This document shows, piece after piece, positions 28,533-39,628 of a DNA stretch of 57,068 nucleotides (position 1 is the stretch's first letter; every line of letters starts with the position of its first letter). A model generated the notes under the pieces. That model saw only the letters and a program-made list of their open reading frames with translations. It had not been told where the DNA came from and made no database searches. The translations under genes and the position numbers were made by a program. Source of the DNA: Parvularia atlantis (taxonomy: Eukaryota); NCBI GenBank assembly GCA_943704415.1, contig CALSCO010000440.1:1-57068 (forward strand). Direction: 5' to 3'.

Positions 28533-28778
28533 GTCGTCTTTCACCTACTCGACAAGTCGCCGTACGGCATGGGCTGCACCGTGGGCAAGAAGCAGACCAA
28601 AGCGCACTTTTACCTGGACAACGTGGACGAGGTGCGCATGCTGCTGTCGTCCCTGGCCGCGGACGAGCACGCGACGATCATGAGCGCACCCTCGGTCACG
28701 TCGCGGCGCCCGAGCATCGTCGCTGCCATGACGCAGCTGCACATGCAGCAGCAGCAGCAGCAGCAGACGGCGTCGTAA
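28533..28778 (+). CDS. Last exon of a trehalose-6-phosphate synthase/phosphatase (TPP domain C-terminus); 5' part absent
   Basis: After a cgcag acceptor: ...GCTVGKKQTKAHFYLDNVDEVRMLL, resembling the TPP-domain end motif CTVG.K.S.A.YYL....EV..LL; ends in a short polyQ and TAA. Confidence 0.68.
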   Translation, partial: VVFHLLDKSPYGMGCTVGKKQTKAHFYLDNVDEVRMLLSSLAADEHATIMSAPSVTSRRPSIVAAMTQLHMQQQQQQQTAS

Positions 28779-28844
28779 CGTGTGGGGCCCCACGTTCCTT
28801 GTTGAGCATGATGTGCATTTTTGTGCAGAGCGCGTGTTTGCGCG

Positions 28845-30722
28845 TCACAGGCTCAGCCGCACAAAGTTGCTCTGCCGCGCGCGCGCCTCGGCCGATGCAG
28901 CGAGCCGCGCAAGGGCCGTGCAGTTGGTAGCAAACTGCTCCAGATCGGCAGCGGACGGCTCAACGTCCCATGGCGACGTCCCGTCAGCCCATGCGCGCGC
29001 GAGCGACTCTGCCACCGTGCCGGCCTCGACCGCCGCGTCTAGCGCGCCCGGCAGAGCGTCGTCTAGCAGCGCAATCGTGTTGCGCTGGCGCGAGGTGAGC
29101 AGACGCGCGTTGCGCGCCAGCCGCAGCTGCGCGCGCCGCTGAAAGGCCGCTGCCAGTGTGCCCTCGAAGCACCGCACGGCCGTCACAAGCTGCGGCAGCG
29201 CTCGCCACCCGGCTGCGCCAAGCGAAGCAAAGGCGACGCGCGCCGGCAGCGGCTGCAGCGCCGGCCACAGGCTGAGCTCGACTGCACTCCCTGCCGGTGG
29301 CGTGCGGACGTGAGGCGCGACGTACGGCAAGCTGCGCAACGCACCGGCGGCTGCAAGCGCTGCGCCGATGAGCGGTGCGTTGCGGCGCAGCAGCAGCGGC
29401 GCGCGACACCGTCTCGTGAGCAATAGCGCCACAGCCGTGCCTGTGGCGCGCTCGCCGCGCACGTCGTCGCAGTCGAGCATGCGCGCTGCGAGCGCATCCA
29501 CGGCCTCGGCCAGCTCGCACAGCGGGTGAAACAGGACGTGCCGCTGCGGGTCGTTTGCGCTGCCAAACGCCGCGAGGCCCACGATCGCGCTGGCGAGCCG
29601 ACACGCCACAGCCGCCGCCGCGGGCTCACCCTGCGCCAGCATCGCAGCCAGATCCCACTGCCCGTGCGAGAGACGATCGCGCAGGCGCGGCCCGTGCTCG
29701 TGCTGGAACATGTCGAGCAGCTCGCCCATGACGTCCGCGCCAAGCACGCGCGCCATCGACCGCCGTGCGCGGCGCGCGCCACCGCCACCGCTGCCGCCGT
29801 CGTCGTCCTCCCACAGGCACATGTCCATCGTCACGAAGAACGCGCGGTCGCTCGCGGCGATGGCCCGCTCGGGCATGCCGTGCGCGGCCGCGAACGTGCG
29901 ACGGAGGCAGTGCTCGAGGCACGGCACGGCGAGCACGAAGAAGGCCGGCCACGCGCGCTTGCCAAACGCCCGCGCCGCCGCATCCCACCGACGCTCGCGG
30001 CCGGGAGCGATGACAGCCGCCGACGCGCGCAGCCGCTCGATCAGGTTGCCGGCCGCGTCGACATGCGGATGGCGCAGCACGACGAGGCGGCGCGGCGACG
30101 CGACGACGGTGCAGCGCTCGCGCACGAGCACGAGCAGGGCCCAGGCGAGCGAGACGTAGCACGGCGGGAGCTCGTCGTCGGCGAAGAAGCCGTGCCAGGC
30201 GAGGTTGCGCAAGTTAAGGCCGTCGGGCGGGCCCATGAACGTCTCGAGCGCGTCCAGTAGCGCCTCGCCCAGCGCATCGGCGGCGCGCAGCACGGGCGCG
30301 TGCAGCAGGTCGCGCAGCAGGAACGGCACGGCGGTGCCGGGCGGGCCGCGCGCCACGAGCTCGTCGCCGAGCGCGCGCTCAATCGCGGCCGTGGCGACGC
30401 AGAGGCAGCCGACGTCGTCCAGCAGGTCCAGGCGCGCGGCACGCACGCACTGCGCGTGCGTCGTGCTGAGCACAGGGGCGCCCGGCACGCGTCGATGGCG
30501 CCGCACCTCGCCCTGCGCGCGCGGCATCACGGCCAGCGCCCGATCCGCCGCACGCCGCACGTCGCCCGCTGCCCACTGCCGGTGGCACAGGACGGCGGCG
30601 GCGCGGACGGCGGTGCAGCGGGCCGCCCAGCCGGCATCGGCGGGCGCGCGCAGCAGCAGCACGGCGGGCCACGGCGCGTCGTGGACGTCGGGCGGGACGC
30701 CGTCGACGACGCGCTCGCGCAC
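28845..30722 (-). CDS. ERMARD: ERMARD/C6orf70-like DUF4209 protein; few or no introns, start unresolved
   Basis: IERALGD, PFLLRDLL, GPPDGLNLRNLAWHGF, PCLEHCLR, GPRLRDRLSHG. Confidence 0.8.
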   Translation of the reverse strand: MRERVVDGVPPDVHDAPWPAVLLLRAPADAGWAARCTAVRAAAVLCHRQWAAGDVRRAADRALAVMPRAQGEVRRHRRVPGAPVLSTTHAQCVRAARLDLLDDVGCLCVATAAIERALGDELVARGPPGTAVPFLLRDLLHAPVLRAADALGEALLDALETFMGPPDGLNLRNLAWHGFFADDELPPCYVSLAWALLVLVRERCTVVASPRRLVVLRHPHVDAAGNLIERLRASAAVIAPGRERRWDAAARAFGKRAWPAFFVLAVPCLEHCLRRTFAAAHGMPERAIAASDRAFFVTMDMCLWEDDDGGSGGGGARRARRSMARVLGADVMGELLDMFQHEHGPRLRDRLSHGQWDLAAMLAQGEPAAAAVACRLASAIVGLAAFGSANDPQRHVLFHPLCELAEAVDALAARMLDCDDVRGERATGTAVALLLTRRCRAPLLLRRNAPLIGAALAAAGALRSLPYVAPHVRTPPAGSAVELSLWPALQPLPARVAFASLGAAGWRALPQLVTAVRCFEGTLAAAFQRRAQLRLARNARLLTSRQRNTIALLDDALPGALDAAVEAGTVAESLARAWADGTSPWDVEPSAADLEQFATNCTALARLAASAEARARQSNFVRLSL

Positions 30723-30858
30723 ATCCGGAGCGAGCGCCGTGTCCGCCGTTGGTGATCGAGATTATTGGCGACAACGAGTCCCTCTTCTTACCCCGTGCCC
30801 CATGCCCACCTCTCAGAAGAAAGAACGAACGATAGGCACCCTCCCCAGGGCCACCCGC

Positions 30859-33800
30859 TCACGCCTCGAGCAGCGGCTTGCGGATGGTGAGCGAGCGCAG
30901 CACCGGCGAGCTGATCATCTGCGCAAACTCGACGTCGGTCTTGTTGCGCACGCTCTCGCCGTTGACCGCGACGATGAGCTCGCCCGCGCGCAGACCCACC
31001 TGGCGAACCATGAGCCGCACACGAGCAGCGGCGACCGCTTGCAACGCACCCGTGCGCCGTAGCCGTCCGGGGCGACGTCGCTGATGCGGAACGCCGAGCG
31101 GCTCTTGAGCGGCGAGATGGTCAACTGGAAGCCCGTGTCCGGGCGGTGCACGTTGACGATGCGCTCGTTCTGCTCCTCGTCGAGCTCCTCCGTGGTCTGG
31201 CGAGGCGCGCCGTGAGCGACGACGCCAAGACGCACACACGGGGGCGCAGACGCACGTCGCGCTGCTGCTGCTGCTGCGACGACGGCCCGGCCATCGACAC
31301 GACGCGCTCGCGCTGGCCCGCTGTGCGTGCGCAGTGCGTGTGAGCGTCACAGCAGCTGCAGGCGGGAAAAACGCACTGCTCGAGTTGCCCGCGCTTGACG
31401 TGAGCATTTCGGCGCCGGCAAAGGAGGCGCGCGAGGCGCGGTTGGACGTCGTGGCCGAGCTGCTGGTCTGCGTCGTCATAGCGCGGCCGCGCATGCTGCT
31501 GCTGTCAAAGGTCGCCGACGAGGCGGGCGAGGCGGCCACGGGCGAGGGCACAAAGACGTCACCATCGCCAAAGTTGGAGTGGGCGGGGCTGGCGACGACG
31601 GGCGAGCCAAAGGTCATGTTGGTGCCGGACGAGGACGAGCGCGAGAGCGTGGAGATAAGCGAGAGGCGCTTGTTGGGGGCGGGCGCGGCCGAGCCGCCGC
31701 CGAGCGTGCCCGAGCCGGTGCTGGCGGCGGCGCTGCCGATGATGCCGCCGACCGAGCGGCGGATGGTGAGTGAGCGCACGTCACCCTGTGAGAGCGTGTC
31801 CATGACCATCCAAAGGCGCCAGCGGTCGACCGGCTGGTCGTTGATGCATAGGAGCTGGTCAAATACGCGCAGGCCGAGCGTCTGCGCGTACGAGCGCTCC
31901 TCCACGCGCTCGATGCGGAAGCGGCCGAGCAGGCCGTCGCCGATGAGCAGGCCCGGGCGCACGGCGAGCGACATGCCAAAGCCCGTGGGCGGGCGCTGGA
32001 CCTGGACGAGGCGATCGGTGCCGTTGTTGTCGCAGAGGCGGCGCACGGTGACGCAGCCCGGCTGCGTCAAGAGCATGTCTGACACGTCGGTCGGGGTCAG
32101 GGTCGAGATGAGCTGGCCGTTGACGGCCACAACCAGGTCGTCCTCGGTCAGGCCGAGCTTGTAGGCTAGCGTGCCTTTCTTGGCCGACATGAATTTGAGG
32201 CCGTACTTGCGCCGGCTGTCGCGCAGGGTCGTATTGGTCACCTCGCCAAAGTCGGCGCCGACGGGCACGATGAGCTCCTCGAGTGAGATTGAGGCCAGGC
32301 TCGTGCCGGCCTCCTTGGTGGCCTCCCTGGTCACGCGCTCGTGCGCCTGGTGCACGTGCTTGGCCAGGGGCGAGCGCAGGCGGCGCTGGAGCAGGGCCAG
32401 CTGCGCCCGCTTGAGGAAGTAGAGCGCGTAGATGTACACCTTGCGGCGCTCGTACTGCAGGCCGAGCTCGTACATGGCGCCGATCGTGTCGACGTGGGTC
32501 TCGCCAAGCGACATGCGGAAGCCGTAGACGGCCTCCTCGAGCGTGTCGAGCGCCTGCTGGCCCTGGCCCATCGCCTGCTGGTGCAGGCCCAGCGTGAGGT
32601 AGGCGTGCGCCGTCTCGGGGTGGACGAGGCCGTACGTCTGCGCGAGCACGTCGACCAGGTTCTTGCGCAGGGGCGCGGCCGCGGCGCTGCTCTTGGCGAG
32701 CGAGTAGGCCTGCATCAGGCTGCGCAGCGCGGCCGCGGTGGACGGGTGGAACTCGTTGACCGACGCGCGGACCTCGCGCGACTGCGCCAGCAGGGTGAAG
32801 ATCGTGTCCTTGGGGCCAACGACGATGCGCGACTTGCGCGCGACCTGCAGGTCCTCGAGCGCCGTCTGGAGCAGCGCCTCGGCCAGCAGCGCGCGCTGGT
32901 AGTTGGTGGCACGCGAGGGGTCGTTGGGCAGGACCTTGAGCGCCTGGTCGGGCTTTCTGCGGCAGAGCTCGCCCCAGGCGATGACGGCCTTGGCGAGCGA
33001 CTCGTCGTCCGCGTGCGGCGCCGCGCCCCGGCCCCACGCCACCACGCGCTCGCCAAACAAGCGCAGCTCGTCCGCCGTCATGCGCACGCTCAGCAGGCCC
33101 TCGATTTCAATCAGCGCGTCGAGCAGGAACGGCAGGGACGGCACTTCGATCTGCAGGCGCGCAAACATGCGCGAAGCGTGCGGCCACGCGTTGTTGAACA
33201 TGGCGTCGGCCGCGGTCGGGTGGGTCGACACGCGCAGCAGGCTCGCCGTCTTGACACGCACAAGCAGCAGCCGCTGCAGGCGCTGGTAGCCCTGACGCAG
33301 GTCGGACTGGAGCGACTGGATGCCCTGCAGTTGCTCGGCCAGGCCCGCGGTAATACGCCACGTGCGCTTGCCTGGCGCGACGCATTCGACCATGTGCGCC
33401 TCTTGCAGCAGGCGCAGCATGTGCCGCGCGGCCACGCTTGGCGTCTTGGCGCCGATCTGGTGGCTGCCGATCGCTGCGAGCACCGCGTCCGTGTCCAGGT
33501 CGCCGTCGCGCATGCCCACGACCAGCCGCGCACACGCGCGCGCCATGTCGCGCCACAGTGCCAGCGACTCGCCGCTCAGGCGCGGCAGGGCGTTGCGCAC
33601 GGCCTTGCCCGTGCGCGCCAGCACCGCCGCGGGCACGCCACCCGCGCTCGCCGTCTGCATGAACGACTCGTCGTCGGCGTTGGCCGCGGGGCTAGTGGCC
33701 CGCGCGAGCTCCTCGGCGCTGGCGCGCTCGAGCACGCGCACCTCGACGCCCTGCGCCTTGGCCGGCCACGGCACAAACTTGTCGGCCGGGCCGGGCATGC

Positions 33801-36800
33801 TCGACCAGGGGTTGCGCGACGTGACGATGACCCAGATCAGCGACGGTGGCGTGCCGAGCAGGACCGGGAGCCAGTCGAGCGCCGAGTTGGGGTCGCTCGC
33901 GTAGGGCTCGTCCAGGCCGTCGATCCAGAGCAGAATCGGGGCCACGATCGAGTTGGCCCACATGGCCAGGGTCTCGAGCGTCGGCTGGACGTAGTTGGGC
34001 ACGAGCCGGTGCATGATCATCCGCGCCACGCTTGCGTGCGACAGGCTGCGCGCGTTGATGTAGTGGAACGTCGTGAAGCTGCTCTTGTCCGCACTGTGCT
34101 GCGCCAGGGCCGCGGCCAGCGCCGACTTGCCCACACCGGGCGGGCCCGAGAGCCAGAGCAGCTTGACGTCGCCTGTAGGCGATTGCGCGCGCGTGCGTGA
34201 GCTTCTTGCGCCTAGCGTGGCACACCACGCGCGCGGCGCACCCGTCGTGATCGCCTTGTGCAGCGTTTGCACCTGCTCCGCGCGGCCGACAAAGTTGATC
34301 GGCACGGGCTGGATGCTGCGGATCGTGCGCAGCGTGAGCTCCTTCAGGAGCATCCTGGCGGGGGCCGGCCGCGTCAGTTGGTCAGCGCAGCCCAGCGCGC
34401 TGGGCGCTGAGAACGCACTCGGGCGGGCCGTCGAGCGCGGCCGACGAGACCAGATCCAGCTGGCCCACGGTCACAAAGGCGCCGTCGTTCGACAGGCGGT
34501 CGCGCAGGAGCGACAGGGCCGTCGGATCGGTCGAGACGGCACTGCGTGCGAGCGCATCAGCCGGCGCATTGCGCGTGTGCACGTGTGCAGCACGCACCCG
34601 GGCGGCAGGCTCACGGTGACCGCGTGCATGAAGACTTCAAACGGCACGCGCTCGACGTCGGGGAAGAGCCGGTACCAGAGCGCGCGCCAGTATATGTGGC
34701 GGATGACGCTGTGCGGGCCGGCGACGGCGTCGGCCACCTGGCTCTCGCGCATCATGCGAAGCTCGCTGTTGTGCGCGTCAGCACAGCACAGTATGCGCAC
34801 AACGACGCGCACCGCGACGACGTCGCCAGCTCGCGCTTGAGCTCCGACATGTCCACGCTCAGGCGCTCCGCCAGACGCACGACCTGCTCTTCGGCGATCA
34901 TCGCGAGGATCTCGAAGCGCTCGACGTCGTCCGCGATGAAGCTGACAGGTGGGAGCTGCCGCACAGAGTATGAGCGACGCGTGCGCGGCTTGTGTGTGCG
35001 CGCCGATCCGCACCTTGGGCTCCAGACCCATCTCCTGGCCGAGCTTGATGAGGCCCGCGTCGTACACCTGCAGCCTGTGGCGTGCGTGTGAGCGTGCACG
35101 AGGCACAGGCGGTGCGGGACGGCGTACCGCTCCGTGTCAATGGCCGCGAAGGGCACGCGCGAGAGGAAGCCCGGGCGCGAGAACTGGAGGACGAGGTCGG
35201 CGACCTTGCCGACAAGGATGAGCAGGTTCTGCCCGGCGTAAGCGTCAGCAGCCGTGGGGCGACAGCGCGCGCGCGGCACGTGCCTGCACGTGCTTGGGCG
35301 CAAGCGACGCCTGGCTGTCACTTGGCAGCATGCTCGTGGCCTCGCACAGGTCGACCGCGCGGCCGGCGACGTACAGGCTGTTGCGCTTCATGATGCGCGC
35401 CTGCACTGCGTTCTCGCACAGGCGCTGGGCCGCCGAGAGGATCTCGGCAAACGTCTGCGGTGGGGTCCGTCATGAGCCCGCTGAGCGGCGCGCCACCGCA
35501 GCGAGGGGCGCACCGGGTTGGCAAAGCCGCTCGCGCGCATCTGCTGGATCGAGTTCAGCAGCACCGTCGGGTGCTGCGGCGTGGGCAGGCCTCCGCCGAT
35601 GAGATCGACCAGCTGCGCGAGGTCCTCCGCCTCGCGCTGGCTGAAACGCGCGGCGCCCCACTCCTCGTCCTCGGCCTGCGCCCCACGGTCAGCGACGCTG
35701 TCGGCACGTGGGTAGAGCCGCGATGCGCACGGCGTGCACGGCCGTCTTCATCGAGCGCATCTCGTTCATGAACGCCTCGACCGACATGGTGTCGAGCGGC
35801 TGTGCGGCGGCGGCGCGACGCGTCAGCACGCGGCATGGCGCGAACCCCAAGCTGCCCCGCCTCGCACGTTCTGCGGCGGTTCGCTCGAGAGCTGCGTCAG
35901 CGTTGTCTGGCGCTCGAGGTTGCGCAGCCAGTCGTTGTCGACGGCCGAGCCGCTGAGCGCAACCGACATGGTGTTTGTGCGCGACTTGGGCTGGACGTAG
36001 AGCTGGCGCGCGGCGGCCGACGAGGCGTCCTCCTGCGCCATGGCCGTGGCCGCGCCACGGCCCTCCTCGGCGCGCGAGCTGCCTGGGTTCATTGTGGCGC
36101 TGCGCTGCTTGACAAAGTCGTCGGCGCGGGCCTCGCGGTTGGGCGAGCGTGTGTTGCCGTTGATCACCGCCGATGGGGCCGTGAGCGGCGGCGGAAGGGT
36201 GGCCGAGAGCGAGGCACTCGGGGTGGTGCGGGTGTTGCGCACGGTGGCCGAGACGATGACGCGCTCATCGGGGTTGCCAAAGCCGCTCGGGCGCAGCACG
36301 ACGTGCGACGCCGTGCCGCTCTTGGCCGTGCCGCTCGTGCCAGTCTTGCCGTAGACCCAGGTCGAGTCGTCCTCGCCCTGGTTGGGCGACCACGCGCGGC
36401 CGGACCCACTCATGTTGGTGCTGTCGACCGCCTCGACCGGCGACGGCGGGTCGTAGTCGTCCATGGCAAGCGGCTGAGCAATGCTGCGATTCCGCGCGGC
36501 GGCAGCAGCGGACGAGCGACCGGCAAAGGTGGCGCTGCGCGACCAGCCGATGGCTAGCGTCTGATCGGCGTCGTTCGCGGCCGGCTTGGTGAGGGTCTTG
36601 ACACTGTTGCCGCTGCTGCTGCGGCTGCTGGCCGTGAGCGGCGGCGGCGGGCTCGGGCCCGCGCCCGCGCCCGGGTTCATCATGCGCTGGAGGTCGGCGC
36701 CCGAGACGGGCACTGGCTTGATGACGCGCGCGGCGGCGCCGGGCAGCGTTCCGGTCGCGGAGCCGACGGGCGGCGGCATGACGATCGGCGGCGGCGCGCC

Positions 36801-37497
36801 AAAAGTCATCGTCTGCCGGCGACGCTGCGTCTCGGAGCTCTCGGCGTTGAGCGAGAGCGGCGCGGGCGGGGGCGGCGTGAAGATGCTCTGCGGGCGGCCG
36901 ACATCGGCCGCGGGCTTGACCAGCGGCGGCGGCAGGCGCGAATGGCTCGGCACGGAAGGCGGCAGCTCGGGCTGGTGCGCGGGCTCGGGCGCGGGCGCGG
37001 TCTTCTCGCCGCGCATCGGCGGCGGCGCGACGGCTACGGCCTCGATGTCGATGTCGATGTCGACGCCGAGCTCGGCGTCAAAGTTGTCAAACGCGGTGTC
37101 GTCGAACGACGCGCGCTCGGGCTGCGGCTCGGCCGCGGCCTCCGCGTCGCCGTCCTCGGCATCGCCGTGCGGGTACTCGAGCACCATGCGCTGCACATTC
37201 CCGGGCGTCAATGAGCCGGCGCGCGCTCGCGTGAGGTATGCAACGCACCAGCTGCGCAATCTCCTCGATCAGGCGCTTGCGCTCGTCCATCTTGAGCCCC
37301 ATCATCGCAAAGTCCTGCTCGTTGTACGTGTCGTCGAGCAGGTCGTGGATGGTCGTGATGGACTGCGTCGGGGCCGTGAGCCGCCCGAGCCCGCCCGCAC
37401 GTGCGGAACGTGCTGGGCAGACCTCATTACGGAACGTCCCGAGGTACTGGCCCAGCTCAAGCCCTTCGAGGAACGCGGCGAGGTCGATCGCGTCCAT
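30859..37497 (-). CDS. NLR-like STAND NTPase: SAM, low-complexity linker, helical bundle, NB-ARC/AAA-like NTPase, TPR, three PDZ; multi-exon
   Basis: SAM: LAAFLEGLELGQYLGTFRNE...LKMDERKRLI. NTPase: NFVGR, LSGPPGVGKS, ILLWIDGLD, VIVTSR, GGVPAAV. TPR: HPETAHAYLTLG, LGETHVDTIGAMYELG. PDZ: GLTEDDLVVAVNG, GLRVFDQLLCIND, GLRAGELIVAVNG. Confidence 0.75.
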
Positions 37498-37900
37498 CCT
37501 GGGCCGGGCGAGGCGCGTGCGCGGCGCGGCGCGGCTGGGGACGCTGCAGCGGGCCGCCACCGCGGACGTGCGCGTGCGCGGGGAGACAGGCAGGTGAGCC
37601 GACGTGCTGAAACGTGGATCCTGCAAACGCCGCAGGTGTGTTATGCCCCCCGCGCCCCCCCCACCCAAACCCATCGCAGCGTGCGCCCCAACGCTGCGGC
37701 CCCGCCTGCACGCGAAACAGCGAGCCGGCCGCCGCCGGTGCGGCCACGGAAAAACCTTTGCGCAGACACGCACGAGGAGCACCGAGAGCCAAATGAGTAA
37801 ACAGTAAGTGCGCAATACGCAGGCTGGCCTACCTTGCCGTGCCTGCTTTTTTTCGGCCACACGCGGCGGTAGGAGAGTACAAGACACAAGCACAGGCAGA

Positions 37901-39466
37901 TCAGGACAGGAACCAGTCGATGGAGGTCGTGCGCGCGAGTGACCCCATGTGCGCCGCCGGCGTGGCCTGCCGCGGCGTCGGCTGCTGCTGCGCGGAGCTC
38001 GGGGCTGCCGAGCGTGCATCAGCCAGTAGCCCTGCGGGTCGTGCAAGCCAAGCAGCACGCACCGCCCGCGCTGGGCGACTTGGCTGCCCTGGTCGCGGTC
38101 GCGGTCGCGGTCGCGTCTGCACAAAGCCGCCAAAAGGTCAGCGCGGCCGACGAACGCGCGCGGCCGGCACGCACCGGCCTCGCTGCGCTCGAACGCGCCA
38201 AAGACGGCCGAGGTCATCGGTTGGAAGACAAAGTCCGACTCGAGCAGCGGCACCGACTCGGCGATGGACGTGTCGCGCTTGGCCATGATGATGCTCGACA
38301 AGAGCTCCATGCTGCTGGCGGCGCCCTTGACGTCGTCCTGCGCGCCGACGTCAGACGCAACTCGCGCCCGCTCGCGGCGCCCGCGGCACACCTTGGGGCC
38401 CGCGCCACCGTAGACGTTGTTCATGAACGAGACGATGCGGCGCGTCGTCTCCTCCTGCTCGCGCAGCTTCTTGTTTGCCTGGATGTACTCGCGCCAGAGC
38501 GTGCTGCGGGGCGCGGGTGTCAGCACAGGCGCGGCGCACGGCCCCCGCGCACGCACTTGTTCTCCTGGCTGATCGTCACCAGCCGCTGCGACATCATCGA
38601 GACCTGCTCCTCGGCCTCGTACAGGCGGCGCTTGAGCTCGCCGTTGGCCTGGAGGTGCACCTGCAGGCGCGTCTCGCACTCGTCGTGGCTGCTCACCAGC
38701 GTGGCCGGCGCCGGCCTAGCCGGCATGCCTGCCGCGACGATCGCACTGGGCGCGGGGCCGGGGCTGTCCTCGTCGCTGCCGACGCCGCCGTCGCTGGCGC
38801 CGGGGGTCGTGGGCGCGGTCGTGCCGCCGAGACGCCGCGTCGCGCCGTGCGCCGGGTGCCGCGTCGTCTTGCGCTTGATGTACACGAGCAGGTGCGGCTT
38901 GCCGCGCACGAGGTGCGCGTGCTCAAACTGGCGCGGCGCGGCGTGTTTGCGCGACCCGGGCGAAAAAATCTCGCGCGGCGCCCGAGCCTTGCACACCTCC
39001 CACGGCCGCTGCGACGGGTCCGGCAGGCGCGCGGCGACCACGCTCGCCTCGAGGTCCGAGTACTGCGGGGGGCGGCGCGTGCGTCGGCGCGGGGAGGCGC
39101 ACGCGGCGGGCGGCGGGCGGGCCCGGGGCGCACCTTGCGGAATCCGTACATGTTCAGCTGGCGCACAAACGACGTGAAGTTGGAGTGCCGGAAGTTGAGC
39201 GGCAGCAGCTGCGTCGCGAAGGCCTTGGCCGAGGGGATGACGAAGTGCGACGGGTGCGTGGGCGACCAGTGGATAAGGTGGTCCGTGGCCGGGTCGTTGA
39301 TCATGTTGTACAGCTGCGCGCGCTCGGTCGGCGCGGGGGAAAACGGGCGCCGCCGCCCGCCACGGCGCACCTTGGCCAGGAACGCCGAGACCGTGCGCGG
39401 CGGCTCGTCCACGGGCACGCGCAGCTGCTCGTGCGCCTCGTCGTACTCGGTCTTGAGCGCAAACAT
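37901..39466 (-). CDS. HSF: Heat-shock-factor-type transcription factor; multi-exon
   Basis: AFLAKLYNMIND..LIHWS...FRHSNFTSFVRQLNMYGFRK; FEHAHLVRGKPHLLVYIKRK; followed by a heptad coiled coil. Confidence 0.9.
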
Positions 39467-39628
39467 GTCGGGCGCAGTGCGAAGGGGAAAACTGAGCAGC
39501 GAAAGGTGACGTCACATCGGCGGCCCAGCGCACGAACCGATCCGGCCCGATCATTGGCTGGCTGCCGCGGCATGGCAACCATCATCCGATGCCAGCACAT
39601 CGACCCGTCGTCCGACTGGGACGCGTGA

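Noticed and set aside
27275..39466. HSBP1 and HSF linkage as a functional cluster
   Set aside because: They are 10 kb apart and separated by the suspected mis-join at 28509-28526.
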